Notes: generated by a model from the letters alone, not told the origin. 64,000 nt of DNA from Zooshikella harenae (GCF_018837975.1 NZ_JAGSOY010000008.1:17164-81163), one strand, 5' to 3'. Numbered from the stretch's first letter, positions 11,109-22,323 are shown. Translations and numbers: made by a program.

Positions 11109-12145
11109 TATGAGTCCTTTTTAGAATGGTAATAACTTAACCAGCGAGGCTGAAGTTCATCCTGCCACCAATCGGCTATGTCCGCAAAGTCAGGCTCCGA
11201 CAGAATGACCTGTTCCACATAGTTCACCACTAATGGTAAGTCCTGCAAATATCGTGCTTTATTCTCACGCTTAAATAAACGTACAAATAGTCCCAACACT
11301 TTTAGATGACGCTGTAGGCCCACCCACTGAAACCACTGCCAAGTTTGCTCTGGCGAAAACCCTTTTAGAGCTGTTAAGCTATTTGACCAATCAAACCACC
11401 ACTGCTTCACTTGGTCAATTGGCCAGCAAATATAACAGTCTTTGAGCAGAGACACGGCATCATATGTTGCAGGTCCTTCCACTGCACCTTGAAAATCAAT
11501 CACCCGTAATGCGTTATTGGTGACCATTAAATTACGAGCATGAAAGTCTCTATGCACAACAACTTGTGGCTGTTGTAATGCACAATCGATGATTTGTTCA
11601 AACATTCCCTGTAACATTTTTTTGTGGATCGCGTTTAATTCAATTTTTAAGAATTCAACCACAAACCATTCATGAAACAAATCAAGCTCCCTTTGTAAAA
11701 AAATTTGATCATACGCTGGTAAAGAGTAATCTGTGAAAGAAGTAGACTGTTGTATTTGCTGCAAAATGTTGAACGCTTGTCCATAGTAGTACTGAGCATT
11801 ATCTTGATTGAGTAAAGGAAGTAATAATTGATCTCCTAAATCTTCGATCAATAAAAAACCCTGCTGACTGTCAGCAAAAAAAATCTCAGGAACGGGAATA
11901 CCCTGCAACTGCCATTGCCTTGCAATCGCAACAAAAGCAGTCGTATTTTCCACTTCAGGTGGCGCGTCAACGGCAATAACAGAACGCTGAGGAGTTATAT
12001 CCCAGCGAAAATATCGCCGCTGACTGGCATCGCCTTGTAGTGGTGTAAGTTGTTTTGAAAGCTCATGTTGTGTATTAGACAAAACCCTTTGGTCAACATA
12101 TTTATCGTGTAACCACAGGCATAACTTTAAATAGCGTTCATCCAT
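11108..12145 (-). CDS. amgK: Anomeric MurNAc/GlcNAc kinase (aminoglycoside-phosphotransferase-like fold)
   Basis: APH-like catalytic region (VVHRDFHARNLMV ... VIDFQGA); its stop overlaps the murU start. Confidence 0.65.
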   Translation of the reverse strand: MDERYLKLCLWLHDKYVDQRVLSNTQHELSKQLTPLQGDASQRRYFRWDITPQRSVIAVDAPPEVENTTAFVAIARQWQLQGIPVPEIFFADSQQGFLLIEDLGDQLLLPLLNQDNAQYYYGQAFNILQQIQQSTSFTDYSLPAYDQIFLQRELDLFHEWFVVEFLKIELNAIHKKMLQGMFEQIIDCALQQPQVVVHRDFHARNLMVTNNALRVIDFQGAVEGPATYDAVSLLKDCYICWPIDQVKQWWFDWSNSLTALKGFSPEQTWQWFQWVGLQRHLKVLGLFVRLFKRENKARYLQDLPLVVNYVEQVILSEPDFADIADWWQDELQPRWLSYYHSKKDS

Positions 12146-12433
12146 TTTATTTGTGCTCGACAGCGTAGTCGCTGTAATTAATGGTTAACTTGTATTCACT
12201 AATGTTTGCTTATGTTATTAGAGCTTAATACAACAACATTTAATGCATTTTTTTCCCCAAAAATGTCTCAAAAGAGGAATAAAATTGAAATGGGGTAGCT
12301 GAACATGATTGGAATAGATTATTATGCAACGTTTAGCAGTACTGGTTGCACGAGCGCTGATTCATCACTCTAAGCAAGAAAACGCTTCAGCATACAAATA
12401 GATTACCCGACAGGAAGCCTGGATTAAACCGCG

Positions 12434-15244
12434 ATGGCAGTAAACAAGTTTCCCCGCAGAATTAATATTCCCTGGATCATTGGTATTCTTACCATCCAGC
12501 CATTAATCCCCACTTGGGCCGCTAACCCTACTAGCGCCGACGAACAGTGGCACTGTGTTCCCAATGCTTCAGGGCAAGGCTGGGACTGCAATGTGAATAA
12601 CCGTGCTCCAGCCCCAATTAAACGAGCACCCCGTCCTGCACGAACGACAACAGAGCCTTCTCAAGAAGCCGCAGCAGCAACTGACACCCAACCTGTTACA
12701 GAAGACTCTGTTCAACAGGTAGCCGCAACAACGTCTTCAACCCCACCACAAGGGGTCAACAATCTCGACTGGGTGCCACGGTACCAACTTGATCCCAGCC
12801 AGCTAGCGGCTGTACCAGCACACTGCACAGGTGCTTATATCGAGCCTGGTCGCGAAGGCAAAAACTTCTCAGGTGATATGTCATTAGCCCCTATTTTTGC
12901 TACTGCAGACACCTATCGCTCTGTTGAAGGCGGCACAGCAACATTCACAGGTAATGTGCTGGTCAGGCAAGGCTATCGTCAGCTACAAAGTGATCTTGCC
13001 TTTTTATATCGTGACACTGAAACAGCAGAGTTTGAAGGTAATGTTGTCTTCAGAGAGCCCAACCTTTTACTGGTTGGTGACCAAGCCAGTGTCAATATGC
13101 AATCAGGCCGCTTTGATGCTAGCAATGTGCGGTATGTTTTCCATAATCAACACGCACGTGGTGATGCAAACCAAATCACCCGGCGTGAGGATGAACTTGT
13201 AGTCTTGCATGATGCAACATATACAACATGTCCACCTACAGAAGATACCTGGACAGTCACAGGCAATAACGTCACCTTAAACAAGTTTACTGGCTTTGGT
13301 ACTGCTACCAATGCCACTATCAGGGTCAAGGGTATACCGGTTTTTTACACGCCTTATATCTACTTTCCCATTGATGACCGGCGTCAGTCTGGTTTCCTTC
13401 CACCTACTTTGGGGTATTCAGATGACAATGGCGTAGATATTACGACCCCTTATTACTTCAATTTGGCACCTAATTATGACGCCACACTTTACCCCAGAAT
13501 TATGTCTGAACGGGGCCTACTGCTTGAAGGACAATTCCGCTACCTAACAAAAAATAGTTATGGTGAATTAGGTGGATCATACCTTAACGATGATAAGCTG
13601 AAGGATGGTAACCGAAATTACAACGAAGACCGCTGGCTCTTTGACTGGACCCATCACCAAGCACTTCAGCCACGATGGACTGCAGATGTTGACTACAATA
13701 AAGCCAGTGATCGAGATTACCTAAGAGATTTTGGTACTTCTCTAGACGTCACAGCAATCGATAACTTAAACCAAAGCTTCGTGACCACTTACAATGGTGG
13801 TAGTGACAATCATTTCTGGACGTTAAAAGGTGCTGTTCAGAAATATCAAAATATGACGTCTGATGGCAGTGACGCTTATGAAAAAGTTCCCCAAATTGAG
13901 CTAAAGGGTAACTGGTTCGCACAGAATAATGGTCTTGAGGTCAACTATCTGGCAGACAATACCTACTTTACCCGCGATAAACGTTGGAACTATAAAACCA
14001 AAGTCCGTGAAGGTGACTTTGACCGTGAGCATGAGATTGATCGCCCTGTGTACGGTGAAGGAAACTCAGAAATCACCAATGCCCATGGCAATCGTACTTA
14101 CTTGGAAACAGGTGCTAAGTATAAGTTTGAATGGCCCTATGCATTCATAACACCAGGCTTAAAGCTTAAGCATGTCCAGTACCATCTGAGTAACTTAGAT
14201 AGTGAGGACTATGGACCAAACGATCCTCAGTACAACACTAGTCCAAGTACAACTGTTCCTATATATTCACTGGATGCAGGTCTCTATTTTGACCGTAAAA
14301 CCAACCTTTTTGGCAGTAGTGAGTATACTCAAACCCTTGAACCAAGGATGCTGTACCTGTATTCACCAGAAGAAAAAGACCAACTTGAAAATCCTGTCTT
14401 CGATACAGGCAATAACTCTTTCCATTATGCACAACTTTGGCGTGATAACCGCTTCAGTGGCTATGACCGACTGGCAGACATGAACCAGCTCTCTGTTGGT
14501 TTAACCACACGTTTTCTTGAGAAAAATGGTTTTGAACGCTTCCGAGCAGGTATTGGTCAAATTTTCTACTTCTCAGATCGAAAAGTACAACTTGATCCAT
14601 ACTATTCAGAACTCCTTGGAGGCACACCTGATACTGATGTCAACCTTAATGAAAGCCAACGCCGTTATCTGGATAGTCAAAAAGCCTCTACCTCCCCCAT
14701 TGCCACAGAGCTAGTGTGGAATGCAACTGATGCACTGTCTCTAAGACAGGACTGGATTTGGAACACTAATGAAAACCATAACCAGGAATATTCTGTATCC
14801 ATGCGCTATAACCCTGACTATGATCGCGTTTTCAATGTCAGCTACCGCTATCTAGATCAGGTTGACCGGACCCGTAAAAATGAGCTAGGTAGTGTCATCC
14901 CAGGACAATTTGCTGATGGTGATATTGAGCAAACTGATATGTCCTTTATTTGGCCTGTGGTCAGCAACTGGAGTGCTCTAGGCCGTTGGAATTATGACAT
15001 TACTAACAACAGAAGCCTGGAAGCTATGTTTGGAGCCGAGTATGATAGCTGCTGCTATAAAATTCGCTTCGTTAACCGCTACTGGATAGATGGTGATGAA
15101 GACATTGATAATGCAGAAGCTGACCGCGGTATCTTCGTTCAGTTTGTCATGAAGGGTTTAGGCAACCTCTTTGGTAGCAAGGTTGATAACTTTCTTGGCG
15201 GCATTGAGGGTTACCGTGAACGCGAAGACAGAGAAGACTTTTAA
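12434..15244 (+). CDS. lptD: LPS-assembly outer-membrane protein LptD (with N-terminal Pro/Ala/Thr-rich extension)
   Basis: Signal peptide; the conserved lptD-surA-pdxA-rsmA-apaG-apaH order; 936 aa, a Pseudomonas-type long form. Confidence 0.85.
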   Translation: MAVNKFPRRINIPWIIGILTIQPLIPTWAANPTSADEQWHCVPNASGQGWDCNVNNRAPAPIKRAPRPARTTTEPSQEAAAATDTQPVTEDSVQQVAATTSSTPPQGVNNLDWVPRYQLDPSQLAAVPAHCTGAYIEPGREGKNFSGDMSLAPIFATADTYRSVEGGTATFTGNVLVRQGYRQLQSDLAFLYRDTETAEFEGNVVFREPNLLLVGDQASVNMQSGRFDASNVRYVFHNQHARGDANQITRREDELVVLHDATYTTCPPTEDTWTVTGNNVTLNKFTGFGTATNATIRVKGIPVFYTPYIYFPIDDRRQSGFLPPTLGYSDDNGVDITTPYYFNLAPNYDATLYPRIMSERGLLLEGQFRYLTKNSYGELGGSYLNDDKLKDGNRNYNEDRWLFDWTHHQALQPRWTADVDYNKASDRDYLRDFGTSLDVTAIDNLNQSFVTTYNGGSDNHFWTLKGAVQKYQNMTSDGSDAYEKVPQIELKGNWFAQNNGLEVNYLADNTYFTRDKRWNYKTKVREGDFDREHEIDRPVYGEGNSEITNAHGNRTYLETGAKYKFEWPYAFITPGLKLKHVQYHLSNLDSEDYGPNDPQYNTSPSTTVPIYSLDAGLYFDRKTNLFGSSEYTQTLEPRMLYLYSPEEKDQLENPVFDTGNNSFHYAQLWRDNRFSGYDRLADMNQLSVGLTTRFLEKNGFERFRAGIGQIFYFSDRKVQLDPYYSELLGGTPDTDVNLNESQRRYLDSQKASTSPIATELVWNATDALSLRQDWIWNTNENHNQEYSVSMRYNPDYDRVFNVSYRYLDQVDRTRKNELGSVIPGQFADGDIEQTDMSFIWPVVSNWSALGRWNYDITNNRSLEAMFGAEYDSCCYKIRFVNRYWIDGDEDIDNAEADRGIFVQFVMKGLGNLFGSKVDNFLGGIEGYREREDREDF

Positions 15245-15247
15245 TTC

Positions 15248-16531
15248 ATGAAATTAATGCAACGTTTGCTGTTAGCTGCCTGTTTAAGTACGGCAGCTAT
15301 TTTTAATGTGAGTGCAGAAGTTCAGCCACTAGATAAAATTGTTGCGGTGGTTGATAAAGATGTGATTATGCAATCACAGCTTGATGAACGCTTGGCAATG
15401 GTCCGGCTTCAATTAAGACAAAAAGGAAGTAAAGTACCTCCAGAACACAAACTAAGAGAACAGGTTACTGAGCGTCTCATTGTTGAAAGCATACAAATGC
15501 AAATGGCAGAACGCGCAGGGATAAAAATCGACGAAAAAACGTTGAATGATGCAATGGCAAAAATTGCCTCTCGTAACAACCTTTCTCTTTTGGAATTCAA
15601 GCGTGTCCTAGAGGCTGATGGTATTTCTTACAGCAAAGCACGTGCACAAATACAGCGAGAACTCACTATAAGCCGTGTTCGCAAACGTCACGTTGCAGAC
15701 CGAATTCGAGTGACTGAACAGGAAATCAAAAACTACCTACATTCTGCTCAGGGTAAATACCAACTATCTAATGACTACAGAGTTGGCCATATCCTTGTGC
15801 CCATTCCGCCACAAGCCAACAAAGAGCGTATTGCCCTCTCCAAAGAGCTTGCAGAAGATATTTACCGAACGCTACAAAAAGGTAAAGACTTTGCTCAAGT
15901 AGCAGGCGCTTATACTCATGAATACCAGGGAGTAAAAGCTGGTGATTTAGGTTGGCGTAAAGCAGATCAACTCCCTTCAATGTTTGCCTCTGTTGCCCCC
16001 AAAATGTCCGTAGGCAACATAGCCAAACCAATTCGTTCAAATAGCGGTTTTCATATCATCAAACTGCTTGCAAAAAAGGGCGAGCAAAACCACGTAATGA
16101 CCCAGTATAAAGTTCGCCACATTCTTATTAAACCTTCACAAATTCGTTCCAAAAAACAAGCCAAAGCAATTGCTGAACGTATTTATGCTCGCTTAAAAAG
16201 TGGTGAAGACTTTGCCAAGCTTGCTAAAGCAAACTCTGACGACACTGGAAGTGCACTTAATGGCGGTAGCCTGAACTGGATTAACCCTGATGATATGGTG
16301 CCAGAGTTCCGCAATAAAGTTACTGCAACCTCCAAAGGAACAATAACACCACCATTTACAACCAAGTATGGCTGGCATGTTATGCAAGTACTTGATATCC
16401 GCAAAAAAGATGTAAGCAGTGATATTCAGAAAAACGTTATTCGCAATACTATTCGCAAACAAAAATACCAGGAAGAGTTACAAGCTTGGCTTCGAAAAAT
16501 TAGAGATGAAGCGTTTGTACAAGTTAAGTAA
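15248..16531 (+). CDS. surA: Periplasmic chaperone/PPIase SurA
   Basis: Signal peptide; two parvulin-like segments (GHILVPIPP; RHILIKPS); position after lptD. Confidence 0.9.
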   Translation: MKLMQRLLLAACLSTAAIFNVSAEVQPLDKIVAVVDKDVIMQSQLDERLAMVRLQLRQKGSKVPPEHKLREQVTERLIVESIQMQMAERAGIKIDEKTLNDAMAKIASRNNLSLLEFKRVLEADGISYSKARAQIQRELTISRVRKRHVADRIRVTEQEIKNYLHSAQGKYQLSNDYRVGHILVPIPPQANKERIALSKELAEDIYRTLQKGKDFAQVAGAYTHEYQGVKAGDLGWRKADQLPSMFASVAPKMSVGNIAKPIRSNSGFHIIKLLAKKGEQNHVMTQYKVRHILIKPSQIRSKKQAKAIAERIYARLKSGEDFAKLAKANSDDTGSALNGGSLNWINPDDMVPEFRNKVTATSKGTITPPFTTKYGWHVMQVLDIRKKDVSSDIQKNVIRNTIRKQKYQEELQAWLRKIRDEAFVQVK

Positions 16532-16533
16532 AC

Positions 16534-17523
16534 ATGAGTGCTAGAACACCTCGACTTATTATTACTTCTGGAGAACCAGCAGGGATTGGCCCTGATCTCT
16601 GCATCTCCCTGATCAACCACTCTTTTCCGGCTGAACTTGTAGTAGCAATTGACCCAAACCTTTTTGCCGAGCGAGCAGCCCAACTCAATTATCCGATAAC
16701 AAAACTTATTACCAATATTGCTATTAATGAACCACCAACTCCAGGTGCATTAAAGATACTTCCTCTTAAAACACCTCACCCTGTCGTTCCTGGACAACCG
16801 ACACCAGATAATGCTTCTTATATTTTGGAGCAATTAAATACGGCTATATCGGGTTGCCAGCAAGGTATTTTTAGCGGCATGGTGACAGCCCCCATCAACA
16901 AAAGCATTATTAATGAGGCTGGTATTGCTTTTAGTGGTCACACCGAGTACCTAGCTCAACAAACCCTGTCACAACAAGTCGTTATGATGCTCGCTACTAA
17001 GGATATGAAAGTTGCTTTAGTGACTACCCATCACCCTTTACGCCAAGTAGCCAATCTCATAACACCAGCGTTGTTAGAACAAGTTATCAGAACACTAAAT
17101 AAGGATTTAACTCGCTATTTTGGCTTACAAAAGCCTACTATCTTAGTCTGTGGATTAAATCCTCATGCGGGTGAAAATGGGTATCTAGGTCGAGAAGAGT
17201 TAGACATTATCAACCCCACACTAAATAAGTTGAAAAAGGAAGGGCTAACATTAGTTGGGCCATTACCAGCTGACACCCTATTCACCCCCAAGCACCTAAA
17301 AACAGCTGATGTCGTATTAGCCATGTATCATGATCAAGGACTTCCTGTGCTAAAGTTTCATGGCTTTGGCAAAGCTGCTAACATCACCTTGGGTCTACCT
17401 ATTATTCGAACATCTGTAGATCATGGCACAGCTCTGGACTTGGCAGGCTCAGGTAAAGCCAGTTCTGGAAGCTTAATGACTGCAATCGAATATGCTATTT
17501 ATATGACTCAAAACAAGCAGTAA
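16534..17523 (+). CDS. pdxA: 4-hydroxythreonine-4-phosphate dehydrogenase
   Basis: PdxA pattern (ITSGEPAGIGPDL, HAGENGYLGREE, YHDQGLPVLK). Confidence 0.9.
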   Translation: MSARTPRLIITSGEPAGIGPDLCISLINHSFPAELVVAIDPNLFAERAAQLNYPITKLITNIAINEPPTPGALKILPLKTPHPVVPGQPTPDNASYILEQLNTAISGCQQGIFSGMVTAPINKSIINEAGIAFSGHTEYLAQQTLSQQVVMMLATKDMKVALVTTHHPLRQVANLITPALLEQVIRTLNKDLTRYFGLQKPTILVCGLNPHAGENGYLGREELDIINPTLNKLKKEGLTLVGPLPADTLFTPKHLKTADVVLAMYHDQGLPVLKFHGFGKAANITLGLPIIRTSVDHGTALDLAGSGKASSGSLMTAIEYAIYMTQNKQ

Positions 17524-17621
17524 ATAATAGGTAGCCACATCCTAGTCCTTCATCAAAGGACTACTTATCAATGTAATTCGTATATTTAACACGATCCATT
17601 TATTAGCAATAAGCAGACTAT

Positions 17622-18467
17622 ATGGCCAAAATGCCTGACTATGCTCATAAGCCTCGTAAACGCTTTGGGCAGAATTTTTTACACGATGACCAAATAATTC
17701 AGCGCATTGTGCGAGCTATTAACCCTAAGCTAAATGACCATTTGGTAGAAATCGGTCCAGGACAAGGCGCACTGACTCAGTATTTAGTAGCACAATGTGC
17801 TCATCTTGATGTTATTGAGCTTGATCGAGACCTGGTTCCACTGCTTCAAGCCATGTTCAGTAAACATCCTCACTTTTCAATCCACCAAGGTGATGCCCTT
17901 AAACTGGACTTTAACCAGCTAAAAAAAGGACAACCTTTACGTGTAGTAGGCAATCTTCCCTATAACATTTCCACACCACTTTTGTTTCACTTATTGAGTT
18001 TTCGACATTTAATAAGTGATATGTACTTTATGCTACAGAAGGAAGTTGTTGAGCGATTAGCTGCTAGCCCAGGAGAAAATGCTTATGGCCGACTAAGTGT
18101 CATGGCTCAATACTTTTGCCAGGTTGATAACTTGTTTATTGTCAAACCAGGAGCTTTTAAACCTGCCCCCAAAGTTGATTCAGCAATTGTACGGCTTATT
18201 CCTCACCAGTCCTTGCCTTACCCAGCACAAGATTCTCATGTGTTTGAACAAGTCGTTCGAAGTGCATTTAGTATGCGACGTAAAACACTTCGTAATGCAC
18301 TGAAGGGTATGATTTCTGCTGAAGCACTAACATCTTTAGGTATTGACCCAAGCATTAGAGCTGAAAAGCTAGCACTGGCTGAGTTTGTAGCCATGGCCAA
18401 CGCTATAGCATCACAACAAAGCACAAAAACAAAGGGAAATATTGATTCTCCTAGCAACAATCAATAG
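17622..18467 (+). CDS. rsmA: 16S rRNA (adenine1518/1519-N6)-dimethyltransferase
   Basis: KRFGQNFL start motif, VEIGPGQGALT SAM motif, GNLPYNISTP catalytic motif. Confidence 0.9.
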   Translation: MAKMPDYAHKPRKRFGQNFLHDDQIIQRIVRAINPKLNDHLVEIGPGQGALTQYLVAQCAHLDVIELDRDLVPLLQAMFSKHPHFSIHQGDALKLDFNQLKKGQPLRVVGNLPYNISTPLLFHLLSFRHLISDMYFMLQKEVVERLAASPGENAYGRLSVMAQYFCQVDNLFIVKPGAFKPAPKVDSAIVRLIPHQSLPYPAQDSHVFEQVVRSAFSMRRKTLRNALKGMISAEALTSLGIDPSIRAEKLALAEFVAMANAIASQQSTKTKGNIDSPSNNQ

Positions 18468-18544
18468 CAATACAAAATACAAGGAGTGCTTTAAAGCAGC
18501 CTCCTACCAAAACAATGCCATTTCATGTCAAATAGAACTTCATT

Positions 18545-18934
18545 ATGACTGAGTCCACTGTCGACCCAAGCCAAATAACGATAAAAGTTAAAACAGAGTA
18601 TCTTGATGAACAGTCAGAGCCTGAAAAACAGTGCTTTGCATTCCGCTATACCATCACCATTCACAATGCTAGTTATTCGCCTATTCAACTGCTTGCCAGA
18701 CACTGGGTTATCACTAATGCAGATGCACAGCAAGAAGAAGTCCATGGTGAAGGTGTTATTGGCGAAAAACCTTTGATTGGTACCAATGCCACTTACTCCT
18801 ACAGCAGCCACTGTGTACTCAATACTCCAGTAGGTAGTATGTCTGGCAGCTACCATATGGTGACTACAACAGGTGAAGCATTTCAAGTACCTATCCCTAG
18901 ATTTACTTTGGCAATCCCCAATGTACTTCATTAG
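18545..18934 (+). CDS. apaG: ApaG (DUF525) protein
   Basis: 129 aa; sits between rsmA and apaH; conserved ApaG core (ITNADAQQEEVHGEGVIGEKP). Confidence 0.8.
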   Translation: MTESTVDPSQITIKVKTEYLDEQSEPEKQCFAFRYTITIHNASYSPIQLLARHWVITNADAQQEEVHGEGVIGEKPLIGTNATYSYSSHCVLNTPVGSMSGSYHMVTTTGEAFQVPIPRFTLAIPNVLH

Positions 18935-18945
18935 TATTAAAAGGC

Positions 18946-19782
18946 TTGCTTATGACGACATTTGCCGTTGGTGATATTCAAGGCTGCTTCGATGAGCTAC
19001 AGAAACTGCTTACCCAAGTTGAGTTTGACCCCTTACGCGACCAGCTATGGGTCGTTGGTGATATTGTCAATCGAGGCCCCAAGTCGCTGGAAACACTACG
19101 CTATTTGTATTCTTTAGGAGACAAGTGCAAAGCCGTACTGGGTAATCATGACTTGCATTTATTGGCTATTGCTTATGGTAAGCAACAACCAAGAAAAGGC
19201 GATACACTGGACTGTATTCTAGATGCACCTGATCGAGAAGCGTTATTAACCTGGTTAAGGTTTCGCCCTTTAATTTATTATGATGAGCAATTACAGGTCA
19301 CAATGGTTCATGCAGGCATTCCACCACACTGGTCTCTTAAAAAGGCTTTACGCCGTGCCAAAGAGGTAGAAACAGTACTACAAAGTGATAACTTTGCTGA
19401 TTTTCTGGTGAATATGTATGGTAACCAGCCTAATGACTGGAATAAAAAGCTTAAAGGCTGGGATCGTTTACGCATTATCACTAATTATTTTACCCGTATG
19501 CGGTTTTGCAGCAGTGATGGTCAACTAGAACTTACCCATAAATCAGGTTCAAACCAAGCGCCTGCAGGCTTTCAGCCTTGGTATAACCATGCAAACCGAA
19601 AAACTCATGATGATTTAATTATTTTTGGACACTGGGCAGCATTAGAAGGTAAAGCTGAACATGAAAATGTGTATGCCCTTGATACGGGCTGTATTTGGGG
19701 AAATTCGCTTACCATCATGAATATAGAAGCAAAAACACTACACTCACTATCTTGTGAAGGATACAAAAAAAGTGGAGATTGA
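18946..19782 (+). CDS. apaH: Bis(5'-nucleosyl)-tetraphosphatase, symmetrical
   Basis: Metallophosphatase motifs (GDIQGC, GDIVNRG, GNHDLH). Confidence 0.85.
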   Translation: MLMTTFAVGDIQGCFDELQKLLTQVEFDPLRDQLWVVGDIVNRGPKSLETLRYLYSLGDKCKAVLGNHDLHLLAIAYGKQQPRKGDTLDCILDAPDREALLTWLRFRPLIYYDEQLQVTMVHAGIPPHWSLKKALRRAKEVETVLQSDNFADFLVNMYGNQPNDWNKKLKGWDRLRIITNYFTRMRFCSSDGQLELTHKSGSNQAPAGFQPWYNHANRKTHDDLIIFGHWAALEGKAEHENVYALDTGCIWGNSLTIMNIEAKTLHSLSCEGYKKSGD

Positions 19783-20089
19783 CAGAATCAAGCCCGAAGA
19801 GGCGCTCCATTACCTTCAGGCGGGCAATGCTTGCTTTGTTGATATTCGAGACCTGGATAGCTTTCAACAAGGGCATATTCCCACTGCTCAGCACTTAGAT
19901 AACCAAACAATTCTTGATTTTATTGAGGATACTGATGTTGAAACAACTATAGTGGTTTATTGTTTTCATGGACATAGTAGTGTTAGTGCAGCCCTTTACC
20001 TAAAGCAGAAGGGATTCAACAACATCATGAGCCTTGATGGTGGTTTTACTCTTTGGCAAGAGTACTACCCTGAAGCAGTAGATCAATAA
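19754..20089 (+). CDS. Single-domain rhodanese (GlpE-like thiosulfate sulfurtransferase)
   Basis: 111 aa; active-site Cys in VVYCFHGHSS; predicted start overlaps the 3' end of apaH by 29 nt, so the true start may lie downstream. Confidence 0.55.
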   Translation: MKDTKKVEIDRIKPEEALHYLQAGNACFVDIRDLDSFQQGHIPTAQHLDNQTILDFIEDTDVETTIVVYCFHGHSSVSAALYLKQKGFNNIMSLDGGFTLWQEYYPEAVDQ

Positions 20090-20129
20090 AGATTTTAAAG
20101 ACTAAAAGTTAATGAAGGTTGGAGTTGTT

Positions 20130-21317
20130 GTGGAAATCTACTTGGTTGGCGGAGCAGTAAGAGACCAGCTGTTGGGTATTAAAAGTCAGGACCAGGACTG
20201 GGTTGTTGTCGGAGCCACAGCCGAACAAATGATTGCTCAAGGCTATCAGCCTGTAGGTAAAGACTTTCCTGTTTTTTTACATCCCACCACACATGAAGAG
20301 TATGCCCTTGCGCGAACTGAGCGAAAATCTGGTCATGGCTATCATGGATTCACTTGTTATGCCGCGCCCGATGTCACCCTAAAAGAAGACCTACAACGTC
20401 GTGATTTAACGATTAATGCAATTGCCCAAGATAACCAGGGAGAGCTTATAGACCCGTTTAATGGTGCAGCAGATCTTGCTCAAAATTGCTTACGTCATGT
20501 GTCACCCGCCTTTGCAGAAGATCCTCTTCGCGTACTTCGAGCAGCACGCTTTGCTGCACGCTACCATCATTTAGGCTTTTATATTGCCGAAGAAACAGTA
20601 GCGTTAATGCACTCAATGGTAAACTCTGGAGAAGTAGACCATTTAGTATCAGAACGAATTTGGCAAGAAATCGTTAAAGCCATACAGACTCAAAGCCCTT
20701 GGGTTTTCTTTACGACTCTTCAGCAAGTTGGAGCCCTGGAAAGAATCCTCCCTGAACTTGCAAGAGTTTGGCAAATATCCAGTCTGCCACAGCAAGCTCT
20801 TAAACTAGCCAAGCAACAATTAGTTAATGATGAGATACTGCTTTCCTGTGCGTTCCTCCTCCAAATACAACCCGATAAGCCTTATACCTCAACAGAAGTA
20901 AAATTAGCTCAAAACAAAACAAAGCAACTCATGGAAAACTTAAAAGCTCCGAATAACGTACGGCAGCTTAGTTTGCTGGTAAACCAGTTTTGGGCTGGAC
21001 TTATACAGCCTAACCTCTCAGCAAGTGACTTATTAGATATTTTTGATCGAGTGGATGCCTGGCGAAGAAGTGAGAGGTTTATGATGTTATTGCAAAGCAT
21101 TAAATGTATAGCCGCTAATGTCCCTTACTTAAACCAGCAACAGGTCAATAAGCACATCAATACTATTCAGCAGCAATGGCAAACAGCATTGACAGTTAAA
21201 CCTGGACCTTTTTTGAATCAAGGTATAACTGGCAAAGCCTTAGGAACAGCCATCCATGAAGCACGCCTAAAGGCCATTCAAAATTTTGAAGGTGATGCTG
21301 AAAACAATCAAGGCTAG
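20130..21317 (+). CDS. cca: tRNA nucleotidyltransferase (CCA-adding enzyme)
   Basis: [11 protein letters not shown]...DRDWVVVG...[26 protein letters not shown] matches E. coli Cca; GTG at 20130 is preceded by GGAG; an in-frame upstream ATG at 20112 is the alternative start. Confidence 0.8.
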   Translation: MEIYLVGGAVRDQLLGIKSQDQDWVVVGATAEQMIAQGYQPVGKDFPVFLHPTTHEEYALARTERKSGHGYHGFTCYAAPDVTLKEDLQRRDLTINAIAQDNQGELIDPFNGAADLAQNCLRHVSPAFAEDPLRVLRAARFAARYHHLGFYIAEETVALMHSMVNSGEVDHLVSERIWQEIVKAIQTQSPWVFFTTLQQVGALERILPELARVWQISSLPQQALKLAKQQLVNDEILLSCAFLLQIQPDKPYTSTEVKLAQNKTKQLMENLKAPNNVRQLSLLVNQFWAGLIQPNLSASDLLDIFDRVDAWRRSERFMMLLQSIKCIAANVPYLNQQQVNKHINTIQQQWQTALTVKPGPFLNQGITGKALGTAIHEARLKAIQNFEGDAENNQG

Positions 21318-21940
21318 TCAGCACCTTCAATGTTATACACAGGTGCGCGTGATTCGTCTGCTAGCCACTGAAACACTTCAGCCTGAGTCAAGACAGAAGC
21401 TTTGTTTCCTGCCATATTAAAAGGGGATGATATCGCCAGTACTTTTGGTTGCAGGCCAACGTGTTCTCCACATACAGATATCGAAACGGTATCAAGCCTT
21501 TCATTATTCTGAGAAACAATATTCTCATCTGAGCCTGCAAGGCCAACATACGAAAGCAACTCCTCCGCGATAGTTAAATAGTAGCTATCGAGAATAACCT
21601 GATGAGTATTTATTAAGCTTCTGGGAGGTGAGTTGTGCAAAATATCTAAATCACCAGGCTGTACTGTTAAAGCAGCCCCAGGAATACGCCGGTCACGGCC
21701 AAGCGTCGTTTCCAGCTGGTTAAACCATGCTTTTAAGTGCAGGGGCTGATCTTCAGCTAAGAAGTAAACCACCATATTATAAAAGTCAGCGGCATGTTTA
21801 ATACCTACAGGAGCAGTCCTAATTAGCTGACTCATCGCCACAACACCAAAGCGATTTAACAATTGCTGCAAAATAAAAGAGATATTTACCTGGTAGTGAG
21901 TATTGCAGCCTATACCAACCAGAAATGCCTGCTGCTTCAT
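21314..21940 (-). CDS. folK: 2-amino-4-hydroxy-6-hydroxymethyldihydropteridine pyrophosphokinase (HPPK), divergent, with a C-terminal extension of about 50 aa
   Basis: Core HPPK blocks recognisable (VGIGCN, IRTAPVG, PGDLDIL); directly downstream of folB; 3' end converges on and overlaps cca by 4 nt. Confidence 0.6.
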   Translation of the reverse strand: MKQQAFLVGIGCNTHYQVNISFILQQLLNRFGVVAMSQLIRTAPVGIKHAADFYNMVVYFLAEDQPLHLKAWFNQLETTLGRDRRIPGAALTVQPGDLDILHNSPPRSLINTHQVILDSYYLTIAEELLSYVGLAGSDENIVSQNNERLDTVSISVCGEHVGLQPKVLAISSPFNMAGNKASVLTQAEVFQWLADESRAPVYNIEGAD

Positions 21941-21960
21941 TACAATCTACAAACCTTAGT

Positions 21961-22323
21961 TCAACTCATCAATGCCGCCCGAGAACGCTCACACTCTATA
22001 GCAGCCATGGCATCTCTTAATGCTTCAGGCTTACGGATTTTCAGTCGAATGTGTTCTACAGAAAAGGTTGCAAATAAGTGCTTCAACAATCCACCTGCCA
22101 GTGCTTCTAGCATTTGATATTTACTCGATGCACAAAAAGCCGTTACAGCATCAGCAACAGCCGCATAGTCTAGGGAATCTTCTAAGCTATCTGAACGCAT
22201 TGCTGGTGACAAATCATAGTACAAAACCAAGTCGATAGAGAGGGGTTGTGGCTGATCTCGCTCCCAGTCATAAACGCCAATTAAAGCATTCACATCAAGC
22301 TGCTCAATAATAACTTTATCCAC
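21961..22323 (-). CDS. folB: Dihydroneopterin aldolase
   Basis: MDKVIIEQLDVNALIGVYDWER parallels E. coli FolB MDIVFIEQLSVITTIGVYDWE. Confidence 0.8.
   Translation of the reverse strand: MDKVIIEQLDVNALIGVYDWERDQPQPLSIDLVLYYDLSPAMRSDSLEDSLDYAAVADAVTAFCASSKYQMLEALAGGLLKHLFATFSVEHIRLKIRKPEALRDAMAAIECERSRAALMS

Noticed and set aside
12434-15244. Unusually long LptD (936 aa) as a fusion or misassembly
   Set aside because: Long LptD with an extra N-terminal Pro/Ala/Thr-rich segment is known in Pseudomonas-type lineages. Synteny is otherwise perfect and the frame is uninterrupted.
20112-20129. Upstream ATG start for cca (MKVGVVV...)
   Set aside because: Homology to the E. coli Cca N-terminus ([12 protein letters not shown]) begins at the GTG codon 18 nt downstream, and that codon has a better-spaced GGAG. 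The ATG start is kept as an alternative only.
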